In this document: positions 13,383-23,495 of the stretch, one piece after another | Numbering within the stretch: the stretch's first letter is position 1 | Layout: every line of letters starts with the position of its first letter | Source of the DNA: Candidatus Latescibacterota bacterium | Lineage (GTDB): Bacteria > Latescibacterota > UBA2968 > SICM01 | Direction: 5' to 3' | Assembly (NCBI GenBank): GCA_965217865.1 | Contig: CBDCJO010000002.1 | Location: 1,696,001 to 1,760,000 of the forward strand | DNA: 64,000 nt | Translations under genes and position numbers: made by a program | The notes under the pieces: generated by a model | What the model was told of the DNA's origin: nothing | The model's input: the letters and a program-made list of their open reading frames with translations, nothing else | Database searches by the model: none

Positions 13383-13935
13383 CTTTAAGGTCTGGATCAT
13401 CGGAATCCTGATTCTCGGCGTCGGGATTTTTTACGTCCAGCGATCCAAGGACCGCTACACCACTTCGATCGAGGGAATCTTTACCGAAGATTCCAAGAAG
13501 GTCGAAAAAATTCTAATCCACAAGGGTGACGACAGCATCGAGTTGGTGAAAGATGACGATTCCTGGCGGATTGCGGGAAACGATACCCTGGTCATCCGAG
13601 AAAACCAGGTGGACGATTTCTTTACCCAGGTGCTGGGGGCCAAACGGACTACTGTTATGACGGAGAAGCCGGATAAATGGACCACATACTCCGTGGATGA
13701 TTCTTCCGGGACACACCTCACAGTCGTTGCCGAAAACGGCCAGACGGTCGGGGATTACGTATTCGGGGGATCACGAAGCGACTGGGGTAAAAGTTATGTC
13801 AGGATCAGGCCGGATCCTAATGTGTATCTGACCGATAATGTCATCTATCAATTGAGCACAAGCGTCACGTACTGGGGTGAGAAACCCAAACCGGTTGAAG
13901 AATCGTGGGATTCTTCAGGCGTTGAAACGGAATAA
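13375..13935 (+). CDS. DUF4340-like membrane-anchored protein
   Basis: N-terminal TM helix and YVR..NVYL motif; typical position after a GldG-like gene. Confidence 0.65.
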   Translation: MGNFKVWIIGILILGVGIFYVQRSKDRYTTSIEGIFTEDSKKVEKILIHKGDDSIELVKDDDSWRIAGNDTLVIRENQVDDFFTQVLGAKRTTVMTEKPDKWTTYSVDDSSGTHLTVVAENGQTVGDYVFGGSRSDWGKSYVRIRPDPNVYLTDNVIYQLSTSVTYWGEKPKPVEESWDSSGVETE

Positions 13936-14055
13936 AGAAAGCAAGAGCATAATACAGAAGTCAGAATTCAGAAGGAAAACGAAAAACCCCCACCAAATCC
14001 CTCCTATGTCCTTCTGACATCCACAACGAATCCAGGTTGTCAACTCATCCATCAT

Positions 14056-14985
14056 ATGATATTCCTAACAGGTAAAGCCATGGGATGCTTAATTTTCCCC
14101 TTCATCTGCGTTTATGGAATCGTTTTGAGCGTTTCCGAGGCCTGGGGAGAGATGGGATCTCCTCAAACCAGGCAGGCGTTCAAGGACTATTGGTACCAGG
14201 GAAAGGCGGAGCTCACACGCTACGAATTGGATCAAGCCAGGTATGGAGAAGTCCGTCGAGGCGATGCCGTTCTTGTTTTTGTCACCGAGGATTTTTTGGT
14301 CGGGAAACAGGTCAAGCATGAACATGGGGAACCGGATGGCGGTGTGATGTCGGTGCTAAAACTGAATTTCACCCGAAATTTCCTAACCGGGATCTATCCC
14401 TACTCGATGATGACGTCGGTGTTTACGCCGGTGGACTTCCATCAGGACCACAGTCTCAAGGTCACGACTTCCGTCCAGGAGTGGTGTGGGCACACCTATT
14501 CGCAACTCAATTATCGAGATGGTAAAATTAAAGGGTTTCTCCATTCATATTTTCAAAGCGAGGCGGATCTTGATTTCGAAATAGATGCTGCACTTCTCGA
14601 AGATGAGATCTGGACGAAGATCCGGCTCCACCCTGAAGACCTGCCCGTCGGCGATCTCAATATGGTTCCAGGTTTACAGTACAGCAGGTTGGTCCATCTC
14701 CCGTCACGGGTGGAAAAGGCACACGCCGAACGGATCACCATACCGGAGGATACCTTACAGGTTTACCAGATCGCGTATCAGAGTATTCCCCGTCGTCTGG
14801 AGATTGCGTATGATTCTCAGTTCCCTTATACCATCGTTTCTTGGGAAGAGGGTTACGCCCCCGGGGCCGGGCGGGGTAAATGTGTGAAGACCCGCGGCGT
14901 GAGGACCCATTCTGTATGGTTGGATTACTGGAACAAGACAGCGGTTGTGGATTCGACATTTCGCGAGTCGTTGGGTTTCAAATAG
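14056..14985 (+). CDS. Conserved secreted hypothetical protein
   Basis: Signal-like N-terminus; FKDYWYQGKAELTRYELDQARYGE, VLKLN..TGIYPYS, SVQEWCGH. Confidence 0.7.
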   Translation: MIFLTGKAMGCLIFPFICVYGIVLSVSEAWGEMGSPQTRQAFKDYWYQGKAELTRYELDQARYGEVRRGDAVLVFVTEDFLVGKQVKHEHGEPDGGVMSVLKLNFTRNFLTGIYPYSMMTSVFTPVDFHQDHSLKVTTSVQEWCGHTYSQLNYRDGKIKGFLHSYFQSEADLDFEIDAALLEDEIWTKIRLHPEDLPVGDLNMVPGLQYSRLVHLPSRVEKAHAERITIPEDTLQVYQIAYQSIPRRLEIAYDSQFPYTIVSWEEGYAPGAGRGKCVKTRGVRTHSVWLDYWNKTAVVDSTFRESLGFK

Positions 14986-15017
14986 GTAAACCCCGACCTG
15001 AGACCAAGCTGAGATTT

Positions 15018-15050
15018 AAGCCTCACCCGTATGTGGGTGGGGCTTTATTA
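15018..15050 (+). terminator. Possible intrinsic terminator
   Basis: AAGCCTCACCC-loop-GGGTGGGGCTT followed by a short AT-rich tract. Confidence 0.45.
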
Positions 15051-15054
15051 TGGG

Positions 15055-15385
15055 AATGGAAAAGGCAGGGGCTGGAGGCCGAGGGAAATTGAAGATTGAA
15101 TACTGAAGATTGAAGATCAAAGAGACCATAAAGGAAGTAGCAGTGGCAGTTGCAGGAAAGACAAAAGCCGAGGCCGGATGTCAGGGGTCGGGGAAAGCAG
15201 TAGCAGTGGCAGTGGTAGGAAAAACGAAAGCAGAGGCCAGAGGTCGGAAGTCGGGAAAAGCGGGAGGTGAGAGCTCAAGAAAAGCAGTAGTAGTCGGCAG
15301 TGGCAGGAAAACCGTGAAACGTGAGAGGTGAGATGTGAGACGGAAAACCGGATCGGGTGTCGAAGATCAGGGAAAAGCAGTAGCT
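15055..15385 (+). repeat. Composite repeat cassette
   Basis: ATTGAAG, AGTAGC/AGTGGC, GTCAGGG/GTCGGAA and GTGAGAC-type units separated by GGAAAA linkers. Confidence 0.85.
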
Positions 15386-15390
15386 TTTCC

Positions 15391-15419
15391 TTGATTTTTC
15401 TCACAGTACCGGATATTAT
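15391..15419 (+). promoter_or_regulatory. Putative sigma70 promoter of the large cluster
   Basis: TTGATT-17 nt-TATTAT about 60 nt upstream of ATG 15479. Confidence 0.5.
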
Positions 15420-15478
15420 CTTTAAATAAGATCAGCAAGTGCAAATCCTCCAAGGACGGGTAGATCGAGGGAATTCGA

Positions 15479-17806
15479 ATGCATTTCAAGTTCAGTCTTA
15501 AGAACTTGACATTTCTCCACTTGTTATTGTTCCTAAGCATCGGTTTTCAAGACGGGCACCCCTCAGATTGGCCAAGCTGGCGGGGGCTGGATCAAAACGG
15601 TGTTTCGACCGAGTCCGGGCTCATCTCGGAATGGTCTGTGAAAGGGAAAAACCTGATCTGGAAAGCGAATTTCGTGGGCCGATCCACCCCGATCGTGCTT
15701 GACGGCCGGGTCTATGTGATGGGACGGGCGGGCCGTGAGATTACGAAGCAGGAGCGGGTTGCCTGCTTCGACGCTCGGACCGGGAACATGGTATGGGAAC
15801 ATCGATTCAACGTTTTTCATACCACGATCCCTTTTAACCGTGTGGGATGGGCGAGTCCGGTCGGTGATCCGGAAACCGGAAATATCTATGCCCACGGGGT
15901 TGGGGGCCCGTTGATTTGTTTCAACCGGGATGGCGATATTCTCTGGTCACGATCCCTGACCGAAGAATTCGGGAGAATTTCCGGGTATGGGGGCCGCGTC
16001 CATACACCGGTCGTGGACGAGGATCTCGTGATCATCAGTTTTCTCAATTCGAGCTGGGGTGACCAGATCGTTCCCAAGCATCGCTACTATGCCTTCGATA
16101 AGCTGAGCGGTGAAGTGGTCTGGGTCTCTGCACCGGGAGGAAGACCCCTGGATACCACCTACTCCACCCCCGTGGTCAAGGAAATTCAGGGACAGAGGCT
16201 CCTGATCGGGGGGAACGCGGACGGATGGATCTATGCGGTTAAAGTCAGGACAGGGAAAAAGGTCTGGGGATTTCAGCTCAGCAAACGAGGCATCAACTCC
16301 TCGGTGGTCGTGGTGGGGACAAGGGTTTATGCCTCTCACAGCGAAGAGAATATCGACAACACGGCGATGGGGCGCGTGGTCTGCATCGACGGGACGGGTA
16401 CCGGCGATATCACGAAGACAAACGAGGTCTGGCGATACGACGAATGTCTTGCGGGATATACCTCACCCGTAGCGCACGGTGGACGGGTTTATTTCGTTGA
16501 CAATTCGGCAAACATTCACTGTCTGGATGCCGGGACGGGTGAGTTAGACTGGAAATACAATCTCGGAACGGTGGGCAAGGGGTCCCCTGTCTGGGCGGAT
16601 GGCAAGCTCTACGCGCCGGAGGTCAACGGAACCATCCACATCGTTCAACCTGTCGAAAAAGGGGCCCAGAGGCTGGATGTTGAAAAGATCCGAGCCAGTG
16701 GAGGGCACCTGGCCGAGATATTTGGATCACCGGCGATCGGATATCGTAGAATCTACTTTGCCACCGAAGAAGGCCTATATTGTCTGGGGGACAAAGACAC
16801 CGAATTTTCCGCATCTTCAAAGGCAAGTTTGAAACCTGCCCCTTCCAAACCGGAATCTCCCGGGGATTCCGCAGATCGAGTTTCCGCCCCCGCTCACTTT
16901 CACATCGTACCTTCCGAAGTATCCGTTGCTCCTGGAAAATCGGTGGTTTTCCGTTGTCGAGCATTCGACAGGAATGGACAATTTCTGAAGGAAGTGACCC
17001 CGACGTGGTCGTTCGTTGGATTATCCGGGATGATCTCTCGCGATGGTATTTTTATCCCGGACCGGAGCGGTCCACAGGCCGGGACGCTGGTTGCCCGCCT
17101 GGGAGGGATAGAAGGCCGAGCCCGGGTCCGGGTGGTTCCGGATATCCCCTGGTCGGAGGACTTCGAGAGGATCCCGGTTGGCCAAAATCCCGCTCACTGG
17201 ATCGGAGCTTCTAAGAAATTTGTCGTGGCGCAGAAGGATGGGAATCGTGTGCTCGTTAAATCGCCCGTAAAAAGGGGATTAAATCGTTCGAATGTCTATC
17301 TGGGACCATCGACCTTGAAAGAATACACGATCCAGGCGGATCTGATGGGGAGCCGACATCGACGGAACCAGTCGGATATGGGGTTGATCGCAAACCGTTA
17401 TACCCTCGATATGATGGGGAACCATCAGCGACTTCAGGTTCGCTCCTGGGCTTCGGATTTACGGATGGCGAAAACCGTCGGTTTCCGTTGGGAGCCGGAT
17501 ATCTGGTATACCATGAAGATGCGTGTGGATATCCTGGATGGAAAAGGGGTCATCAGGGGAAAGGTATGGCGAAGAGGGGATCCGGAACCAGGGGTCTGGT
17601 CGATCTCCGCGGAGGATCCGCTGCCCAACCTGGAAGGAAGCCCGGGGCTTTATGGATACTCGGCAGCGGAAATTTGGTATGATAATGTGAAAGTCTGGGG
17701 TCAGGGGTCGGAAGTCAGGGGTCAGGGGTCGGAAGTCAGGGGTCAGGGGTCGGAAGTCAGGGGTCAGGGGTCGGAAGTCAGGGGTCAGGGAAAAGAAAAA
17801 CCGTGA
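15479..17806 (+). CDS. PQQ-binding-like beta-propeller protein with extra C-terminal beta-rich domains
   Basis: Signal peptide, DWPSWRG start motif, repeated S(T)P..G..Y / D..TG..W blades. C-terminal tail is (GQGSEVR)x4 translated from a repeat. Confidence 0.85.
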   Translation: MHFKFSLKNLTFLHLLLFLSIGFQDGHPSDWPSWRGLDQNGVSTESGLISEWSVKGKNLIWKANFVGRSTPIVLDGRVYVMGRAGREITKQERVACFDARTGNMVWEHRFNVFHTTIPFNRVGWASPVGDPETGNIYAHGVGGPLICFNRDGDILWSRSLTEEFGRISGYGGRVHTPVVDEDLVIISFLNSSWGDQIVPKHRYYAFDKLSGEVVWVSAPGGRPLDTTYSTPVVKEIQGQRLLIGGNADGWIYAVKVRTGKKVWGFQLSKRGINSSVVVVGTRVYASHSEENIDNTAMGRVVCIDGTGTGDITKTNEVWRYDECLAGYTSPVAHGGRVYFVDNSANIHCLDAGTGELDWKYNLGTVGKGSPVWADGKLYAPEVNGTIHIVQPVEKGAQRLDVEKIRASGGHLAEIFGSPAIGYRRIYFATEEGLYCLGDKDTEFSASSKASLKPAPSKPESPGDSADRVSAPAHFHIVPSEVSVAPGKSVVFRCRAFDRNGQFLKEVTPTWSFVGLSGMISRDGIFIPDRSGPQAGTLVARLGGIEGRARVRVVPDIPWSEDFERIPVGQNPAHWIGASKKFVVAQKDGNRVLVKSPVKRGLNRSNVYLGPSTLKEYTIQADLMGSRHRRNQSDMGLIANRYTLDMMGNHQRLQVRSWASDLRMAKTVGFRWEPDIWYTMKMRVDILDGKGVIRGKVWRRGDPEPGVWSISAEDPLPNLEGSPGLYGYSAAEIWYDNVKVWGQGSEVRGQGSEVRGQGSEVRGQGSEVRGQGKEKP

Positions 17807-17940
17807 AACATGAGATGGAACACGTGAGACGGGGGAAAGCAGTAGCAGGTGGCAGTGGAAGGAAAGGCAAAGGCGGGGGCCGGAGGTCCGGGGTCAGGGA
17901 TCAGAGGTCGGAGGGAATTGAATATTGAATATTGAATATT
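17697..17940 (+). repeat. Perfect 21-bp tandem repeat x4 followed by a composite cassette
   Basis: (GGGGTCAGGGGTCGGAAGTCA)x4 at 17697-17780, then GTGAAAC/GTGAGAC, AGTAGC and ATTGAAT units. Confidence 0.95.
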
Positions 17941-19370
17941 GCAAGAGAAGAGCGTTCAGCATCTTCGGGATTGTTTTGTTTTACATCGTTTCGATGGCCT
18001 CTGCCCAAGAAACGGCCATGTGGGGGATTACGCCTTCACGAAACATGGTCTCGGACGAAAAAGGCCTGCCCGAATTCTGGGACGCGGAGACGGGCATGAA
18101 TATCAAATGGACGGCAGCCCTGGGTTCTCAGACCTACGCAGGTCCGGTGGTCATTGGGGGCAAGGTGTTCGTCGGATCTAACAATCAGAGGGAGCGAAAT
18201 CGGAAGCACAAAGGGGACCGGGGGATCGTGATGGCGTTCCAGGAGGCGGACGGCAAGTTCCTCTGGCAGGCGACACATACCAAACTGCCGGCGGGGCGGG
18301 TCAACGACTGGCCGCAACAGGGGGTCTGTTCAACGCCGTATATCGAAGGAGACCGGCTCTACTATGTTTCGAACCGTTGTGAAGTCATTTGTCTGGACAC
18401 AGAGGGTTTTCTGGACGGAGAGAACGACGGCCTATTCGTTCATGAGGCTGACACCAGCGACATCGATGCGGATGTCATCTGGAAGCTGGATATGATCGAT
18501 GCGTTCAACGTGTTCCCTCACAACCTGGCCACCTCATCTCCGGTGGGGGTGGGCGATCTGCTATTTCTGGTCACAGGGAACGGTGTGGACGAAGGACACG
18601 TCCATATCCCAACGCCGTTTGCTCCGAGTTTTATTGCCGTCCATAAGAAAACCGGCAAAGTTGCCTGGGAGGACGCCTCCCCGGGGGAGAAGATCCTTCA
18701 CGGGCAATGGTCCAATCCCAGTTATGGGGTGATCAACGGCAGACCGCAGGTGATTTTCCCCGGCGGTGACGGCTGGATCTATTCTCTGGAACCGGAGACC
18801 GGGAAGCTCATCTGGAAGTTTGACTGCAACCCTAAGGATTCGGTTTGGGAACTCGGCGGCCGTGGGACTCGAAACAATATTGTTGCGACTCCGGTCGTTT
18901 ACGAAGACAGGGTCTACATCGGTGTCGGGCAGGACCCGGAACATGGCGAGGGGAAAGGACACCTCTGGGCCCTCGACGCAACGGGCGAGGGGGATATCAC
19001 CGACTCGGGTGTGATCTGGCACGTGGGGGGCGAGGATTTCAATCGGACCCTGTCCACGGTTGCGATCCACGAGGGACTGCTTTACACCGCAGACCTGAGC
19101 GGTTTCGTCTATTGTCTGGACGCTCGGACCGGGGAACGCTACTGGACCTATGATTCGTTTGCTGCGATATGGGGCTCCCCGCTCGTAGCGGATGGGAAGG
19201 TCTATATCGGCGATGAGGATGGAGATGTTGCGGTCCTTAAGGCAGGAAAGACATTCAAGTTGATCTATGAGGTCAACATGGGAAGCTCGGTTTATACCTC
19301 GCCGGTCGCAAAGGACGGTGTGCTTTATATCGGAAGTCGAAATACCCTTTTCGCGATTGCAACGAAATAG
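17925..19370 (+). CDS. PQQ-binding-like beta-propeller protein (start uncertain)
   Basis: Signal-like segment, [13 protein letters not shown], multiple propeller blades, [12 protein letters not shown]. Confidence 0.85.
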   Translation: MNIEYCKRRAFSIFGIVLFYIVSMASAQETAMWGITPSRNMVSDEKGLPEFWDAETGMNIKWTAALGSQTYAGPVVIGGKVFVGSNNQRERNRKHKGDRGIVMAFQEADGKFLWQATHTKLPAGRVNDWPQQGVCSTPYIEGDRLYYVSNRCEVICLDTEGFLDGENDGLFVHEADTSDIDADVIWKLDMIDAFNVFPHNLATSSPVGVGDLLFLVTGNGVDEGHVHIPTPFAPSFIAVHKKTGKVAWEDASPGEKILHGQWSNPSYGVINGRPQVIFPGGDGWIYSLEPETGKLIWKFDCNPKDSVWELGGRGTRNNIVATPVVYEDRVYIGVGQDPEHGEGKGHLWALDATGEGDITDSGVIWHVGGEDFNRTLSTVAIHEGLLYTADLSGFVYCLDARTGERYWTYDSFAAIWGSPLVADGKVYIGDEDGDVAVLKAGKTFKLIYEVNMGSSVYTSPVAKDGVLYIGSRNTLFAIATK

Positions 19371-19379
19371 GACCCCGTT

Positions 19380-20459
19380 GTGGAGCATAAACTCTCGAAA
19401 AAAGTGGAAGAGGCGGAGAGGCGGCTCGATGCCCACGTTCGCGAGATGGTTGCGTGGCATTTCAATCCAGAGACGGGTTCCCCGTTTTGGCTGGAATTTG
19501 CGGAGAATCTGAAATTTGACCCGAGAAAGGAGATCAGGGGGTTTGGGGACTTGAAGGTTCTGGGCCATTTTCAGGATGAATGGCTTCGCGGGGGACCGGT
19601 CAGACGATGGGTGCCACGGGCTTATACCGGGGAACCCGTATATGTTTTTGAAACCGGGGGTTCGACGGGGATCCCGAAATGTCGCATCAACATTCGCGAT
19701 TTTCAGACCGATTATGAGATGTTCAGCCAGACGCTTTCCCAGGATGGCTTTCCGGAAGGGGCGGACTGGTTGATGTTGGGACCGACAGGTCCACGAAGAC
19801 TTCGGCTTGCCGTAGAATACCTTGCCCAACTTCGGGGTGGAATCTGTTTTATGGTGGATCTGGATCCAAGATGGGTCCATAAGCTTATCAAATATGGGAG
19901 GCATCAGGAGCTGGATGCCTATAAGGATCACGTCATCAACCAGGGCCTCCAGATTTTGAGGGCCCACGATAATGTTCGATGCCTGTTCACCACCCCAAGA
20001 CTGCTCGAGGCGCTTTGCGAAAAGATCTCGCTGCCGACCGTCGGTATCCAGGGTGTCTTTTGTGGAGGGACGGAGATGGATGCCCAGTTTCACCGGTTTG
20101 CGAGGGAGGAGTTGATTCCAGGTATTGAATTCCTTCCCGTGTACGGAAATACACTGATGGGACTGGCGTATGCCAAGCCGCATGATCCGGCGGATGGTTA
20201 TGCGGTAACCTACTATCCGCAATCTCCCCGCGCCGTGATCGAGCTCGTGAATCCTCGAGATCCCGATGAGACGGTCGGGTATGGTGAGACGGGCCGGGTC
20301 TGTCTGACCACGCTGACCCGGGAATTTTTCATGCCGAGGTTTTTAGAGCGGGACGAAGCGGAACGGGCGGAACCGATCGATCCCTATCCCTGGGATGGGG
20401 TTCGTAACCTTCGGCTCCTCTCGGAGCTTCAGGAGTCGGTCGTGGTGGGGGTGTATTAA
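19380..20459 (+). CDS. Short ANL-superfamily adenylating enzyme, EhpF/LuxE-like
   Basis: WHFNPETGSPFW, P-loop-like FETGGSTGIPK, YGNT, FLERD. At 359 aa it apparently lacks the usual C-terminal ANL domain. Confidence 0.7.
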   Translation: MEHKLSKKVEEAERRLDAHVREMVAWHFNPETGSPFWLEFAENLKFDPRKEIRGFGDLKVLGHFQDEWLRGGPVRRWVPRAYTGEPVYVFETGGSTGIPKCRINIRDFQTDYEMFSQTLSQDGFPEGADWLMLGPTGPRRLRLAVEYLAQLRGGICFMVDLDPRWVHKLIKYGRHQELDAYKDHVINQGLQILRAHDNVRCLFTTPRLLEALCEKISLPTVGIQGVFCGGTEMDAQFHRFAREELIPGIEFLPVYGNTLMGLAYAKPHDPADGYAVTYYPQSPRAVIELVNPRDPDETVGYGETGRVCLTTLTREFFMPRFLERDEAERAEPIDPYPWDGVRNLRLLSELQESVVVGVY

Positions 20460-20692
20460 TGCAAATGGAAAATGAAAAGTGCAAAAGTTCAGGGGTCGGA
20501 GGTCAGGGGTCAGGGAAAAAAAGTAGCAGTAGCAGTGGCAGTAGCAGAAAAAGCAGGGATCGGAGGTCAGGGGTCAGGCGAAAAAAGTAGCAGTGGCGGT
20601 AGCAGGAAAGGCACGGATTGGAGGTCGGAAGTCGGAGGTTAGGGTCAGGGAATGAAAATGCAAAGTGCCCAGTGCAAGATGGAAAGTGCAAA
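20460..20692 (+). repeat. Composite repeat cassette
   Basis: AAATGGA/AAGTGCA, GTCAGGG/GTCGGAG and AGTAGC units. Confidence 0.85.
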
Positions 20693-22258
20693 ATGATCCA
20701 CATTCCCGTATTGAGGTCCGGTCGGCCGTATCGGAGTCTAAAACTCCTGGACGTACGGCACGTCCAATCCGGGGAGGTTCTCGCCCATCTCAGTCAGGCA
20801 AACCGGGGGCTGATCTCGAAGGACCTGTCGGCCGCGGCATTCCATAGAAAGGGCCTCGAGGCATTTTCCGTTTCAGAACTCCTGACAATTTGCCGAAAGG
20901 CCGCCCGATTTTTCGCCGAGGAATCTTTGCAGCTTGACGGGACTTTACAGTCGGCTGAAGATTACGTGAAACAGGTCTCGGGCTCCACGGGCATGCCCGA
21001 GGCCTTGTGTCGAAAAAATATGGATAAGATCCGTTCGGTTCTGGAGAGGATGGAGGAGATCCTCGACGGGTTGACACGCGGACTGGATCTTTCGATTCTC
21101 GATTCCGGAAGGGGCATCCAGGATGGACGGCCCCTGAGTTTTTTCCCCCAGACAGATGCGCTGGGAGCCGTGCTTCCAAACAATTCCCCCGGTGTGCATT
21201 CCCTCTGGCTTCCTTCGATTCCCCTAAAGATTCCGCTTGTGCTCAAACCCGGAAGCGAGGAGCCCTGGACCCCCTTTCGTATCTCCCAGGCCTTTATCGC
21301 AGGGGGCTGTCCGCCTGAAGCATTCGGATATTATCCAACGGACTATTCAGGGGCGAGTGAGGTTCTGCTTCGCTGCGGACGCTCCATGTTGTTTGGAGGA
21401 GGGTCGACGGTCACCCCGTGGAAGGCGGATCCGAGGATTCAGATTCACGGGCCGGGTCGCAGCAAGATCATCCTGGGAAAGGACAGGGTCCACAATTGGG
21501 GAAATTATATGGAGGTCATGCTGGGATCCATCGTGGACAATGGGGGGAGGTCCTGCATCAATGCCTCAGGGATCTGGGTTCCGGAAAAGGGCCGGGAGAT
21601 CGCAGAGGTTCTTGCGGACCGTCTTTCGGAAATCGAGCCAAAGCCGCTTGACGACCCTGAGGCGAAACTTGCCGCTTTTTCGAATCCGAAGATGGCCAGA
21701 CGGATTTCTGAAACCATCGATCAGCAGTTGAAGGCCCCGGGAGCAAAAGAAATATCAGCAAGTGGCAGGAGCGAGAGGGTGGTTGAATTCGATGGGTGCA
21801 CTTTCCTCCGCCCGACGGTCATCTGGTGCGAAGATACGGAGCACCCTCTGGCGAACACGGAGTTTTTATTTCCGTTCGTGAGCGTGGTCCAGGTCCCCCA
21901 GGAGGAGATTCTGAAACGGATCGGGCCCACACTGACGGCCACTGCGATCACCGAGGATGAAGATTTTATCCGTGAGTTACTGGGATCTCAGGATGTGGAC
22001 CGTCTCAATTTAGGGGCGATATCCACAAACCATGTATCCTGGGACCAGCCCCACGAAGGGAATCTATTTGAGCATCTCTATCGACAAAGGGCTTTGCAAA
22101 TGCAGGGGCAGTGGCAGTGGCAGGAAAGCAAAGGCAGGGGCCAGAGGTCGGAGGTCAGAGGAAAGAAAAATCGTGAGACGTCAGACGTGAAACGTAAGAT
22201 CGCAAAGTCAGTAGCAGTGGCAGTGGCAGGAAATCAAGTCAGGGAATTGAAGAATTGA
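20693..22258 (+). CDS. Aldehyde dehydrogenase-fold protein, acyl-reductase (LuxC/EhpG-like) type
   Basis: LP.NSPGVH, VLKPG, catalytic-Cys motif GGRSCINAS, HGPG where hydrolytic ALDHs have ELGG, TEFLFP. The last ~50 aa are repeat-derived. Confidence 0.8.
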   Translation: MIHIPVLRSGRPYRSLKLLDVRHVQSGEVLAHLSQANRGLISKDLSAAAFHRKGLEAFSVSELLTICRKAARFFAEESLQLDGTLQSAEDYVKQVSGSTGMPEALCRKNMDKIRSVLERMEEILDGLTRGLDLSILDSGRGIQDGRPLSFFPQTDALGAVLPNNSPGVHSLWLPSIPLKIPLVLKPGSEEPWTPFRISQAFIAGGCPPEAFGYYPTDYSGASEVLLRCGRSMLFGGGSTVTPWKADPRIQIHGPGRSKIILGKDRVHNWGNYMEVMLGSIVDNGGRSCINASGIWVPEKGREIAEVLADRLSEIEPKPLDDPEAKLAAFSNPKMARRISETIDQQLKAPGAKEISASGRSERVVEFDGCTFLRPTVIWCEDTEHPLANTEFLFPFVSVVQVPQEEILKRIGPTLTATAITEDEDFIRELLGSQDVDRLNLGAISTNHVSWDQPHEGNLFEHLYRQRALQMQGQWQWQESKGRGQRSEVRGKKNRETSDVKRKIAKSVAVAVAGNQVRELKN

Positions 22259-22271
22259 TTCGTGCGTTATT

Positions 22272-23408
22272 ATGAAACCTTTTGAATTCTCCCATGGACA
22301 AAGGGTGGTTTTCGGTGAGGATTCGCTTGATCAGTTGGGGGGCCTGGCGGGGGAACCCGGAGATCACGTGTTAATCGTCACGGATCCGGGGATTGTAGGT
22401 GCCGGTATCGTGGAAAGGGCCGTCACCACGCTGGAGAAGGCCTCTCTGATACCGATCGTTTTTAAAGACGTTCGGGAAAATCCGACCACCCGAAACGTCG
22501 ATGAAGGGGTCCGGTTCGCGAAGGATCAGGAGAAGATCGATTTGATCATCGGGCTGGGGGGTGGGAGCGCGATGGACTGCGCCAAGGGAATCAACTTTGT
22601 GTTCACCAACGGCGGCCGGATGGAGGACTACTGGGGGGCGGACAAGGCGTCACTTCCGATGCTGCCATCGATCGGGATTCCCACGACGGCCGGGACCGGG
22701 AGCGAAGCCCAATCGTTCGCGTTGATCGCTCAGGAAAAGTCCCGTCAGAAAATGGCCTGCGGGGATCGGAAAGCCCGGTTTCGAACCGCGGTCCTGGATC
22801 CATCCCTGGTCAGATCTGCGCCCGAACACGTGGCTGCGGCTTCGGGGATGGATGCGATCTCGCACGCGGTCGAGAGTTATGTCAGCACAAAAAGGAATCC
22901 CTTTTCGCAAATGCTGGCTCGGGAATCGTGGAGGATCCTGGAGGGGAGCTTCGGGGAATTTTTGTCCGATCGGTCGAATCGCAAAGCGTGCAGCCAGATG
23001 CTTCTCGGTTCCCATCTGGCCGGAGCTTCCATCGAAAACTCAATGCTTGGGGCCGCGCACGCCTGTGCGAATCCTCTGACAGCCCGGTATGAGATACCTC
23101 ACGGTGTCGCAGTCGGAATGATGCTTCCGGGTGTGATTCAATTCAACAGTCAGGCTGAAGACCCCGAGGTCGGTGATCTCTATCTGGAATTACAGAATAT
23201 AAGGTCCAGAGACGGCTTATCCCTGGTGGATCAAATTCGAGAATTGAAGGCTGCGGCCGCCCAACCCGAAAGCCTGAGAGAACTCCGAGTCCGGGAAGCG
23301 GATCTGCCTGATCTAGCTCGGGAAGCGGCCGTTCAGGGGACCGGGAAATTCAATCCCCGACCGTTGGATGAATCGATACTGCTGGGTCTTTATGAGGACG
23401 CATATTGA
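22272..23408 (+). CDS. Iron-containing alcohol dehydrogenase
   Basis: GGGSAMD, PTTAGTGSE, DAISHAVE, AHACA, HGVA metal ligands. Confidence 0.92.
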   Translation: MKPFEFSHGQRVVFGEDSLDQLGGLAGEPGDHVLIVTDPGIVGAGIVERAVTTLEKASLIPIVFKDVRENPTTRNVDEGVRFAKDQEKIDLIIGLGGGSAMDCAKGINFVFTNGGRMEDYWGADKASLPMLPSIGIPTTAGTGSEAQSFALIAQEKSRQKMACGDRKARFRTAVLDPSLVRSAPEHVAAASGMDAISHAVESYVSTKRNPFSQMLARESWRILEGSFGEFLSDRSNRKACSQMLLGSHLAGASIENSMLGAAHACANPLTARYEIPHGVAVGMMLPGVIQFNSQAEDPEVGDLYLELQNIRSRDGLSLVDQIRELKAAAAQPESLRELRVREADLPDLAREAAVQGTGKFNPRPLDESILLGLYEDAY

Positions 23409-23495
23409 CGATGGACAGTGGTCAGAACGTCAGACGTGAAACGTGAAACGGAAATCGGGGGTCGGAGGTCAGAGGTCGGGGGATAATTAAATCGA

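Noticed and set aside
15110-15404. Small ORFs such as VAVAVAGK or SEVRGQ peptides (also 20503, 27506, 30724) and repeat-derived N-terminal extensions at 20618, 29726 and 42430
   Set aside because: They are translations of the repeat cassettes; better starts lie downstream.
18561-20222. 553-aa minus-strand ORF and other long antisense ORFs (2510-3718, 32480-33451, 6918-7829)
   Set aside because: Shadows of well-supported genes or composites with no recognisable motifs.
19380-22258. Bioluminescence (lux) or phenazine operon
   Set aside because: No luxAB/luxD and no phzA-G core genes in the window.
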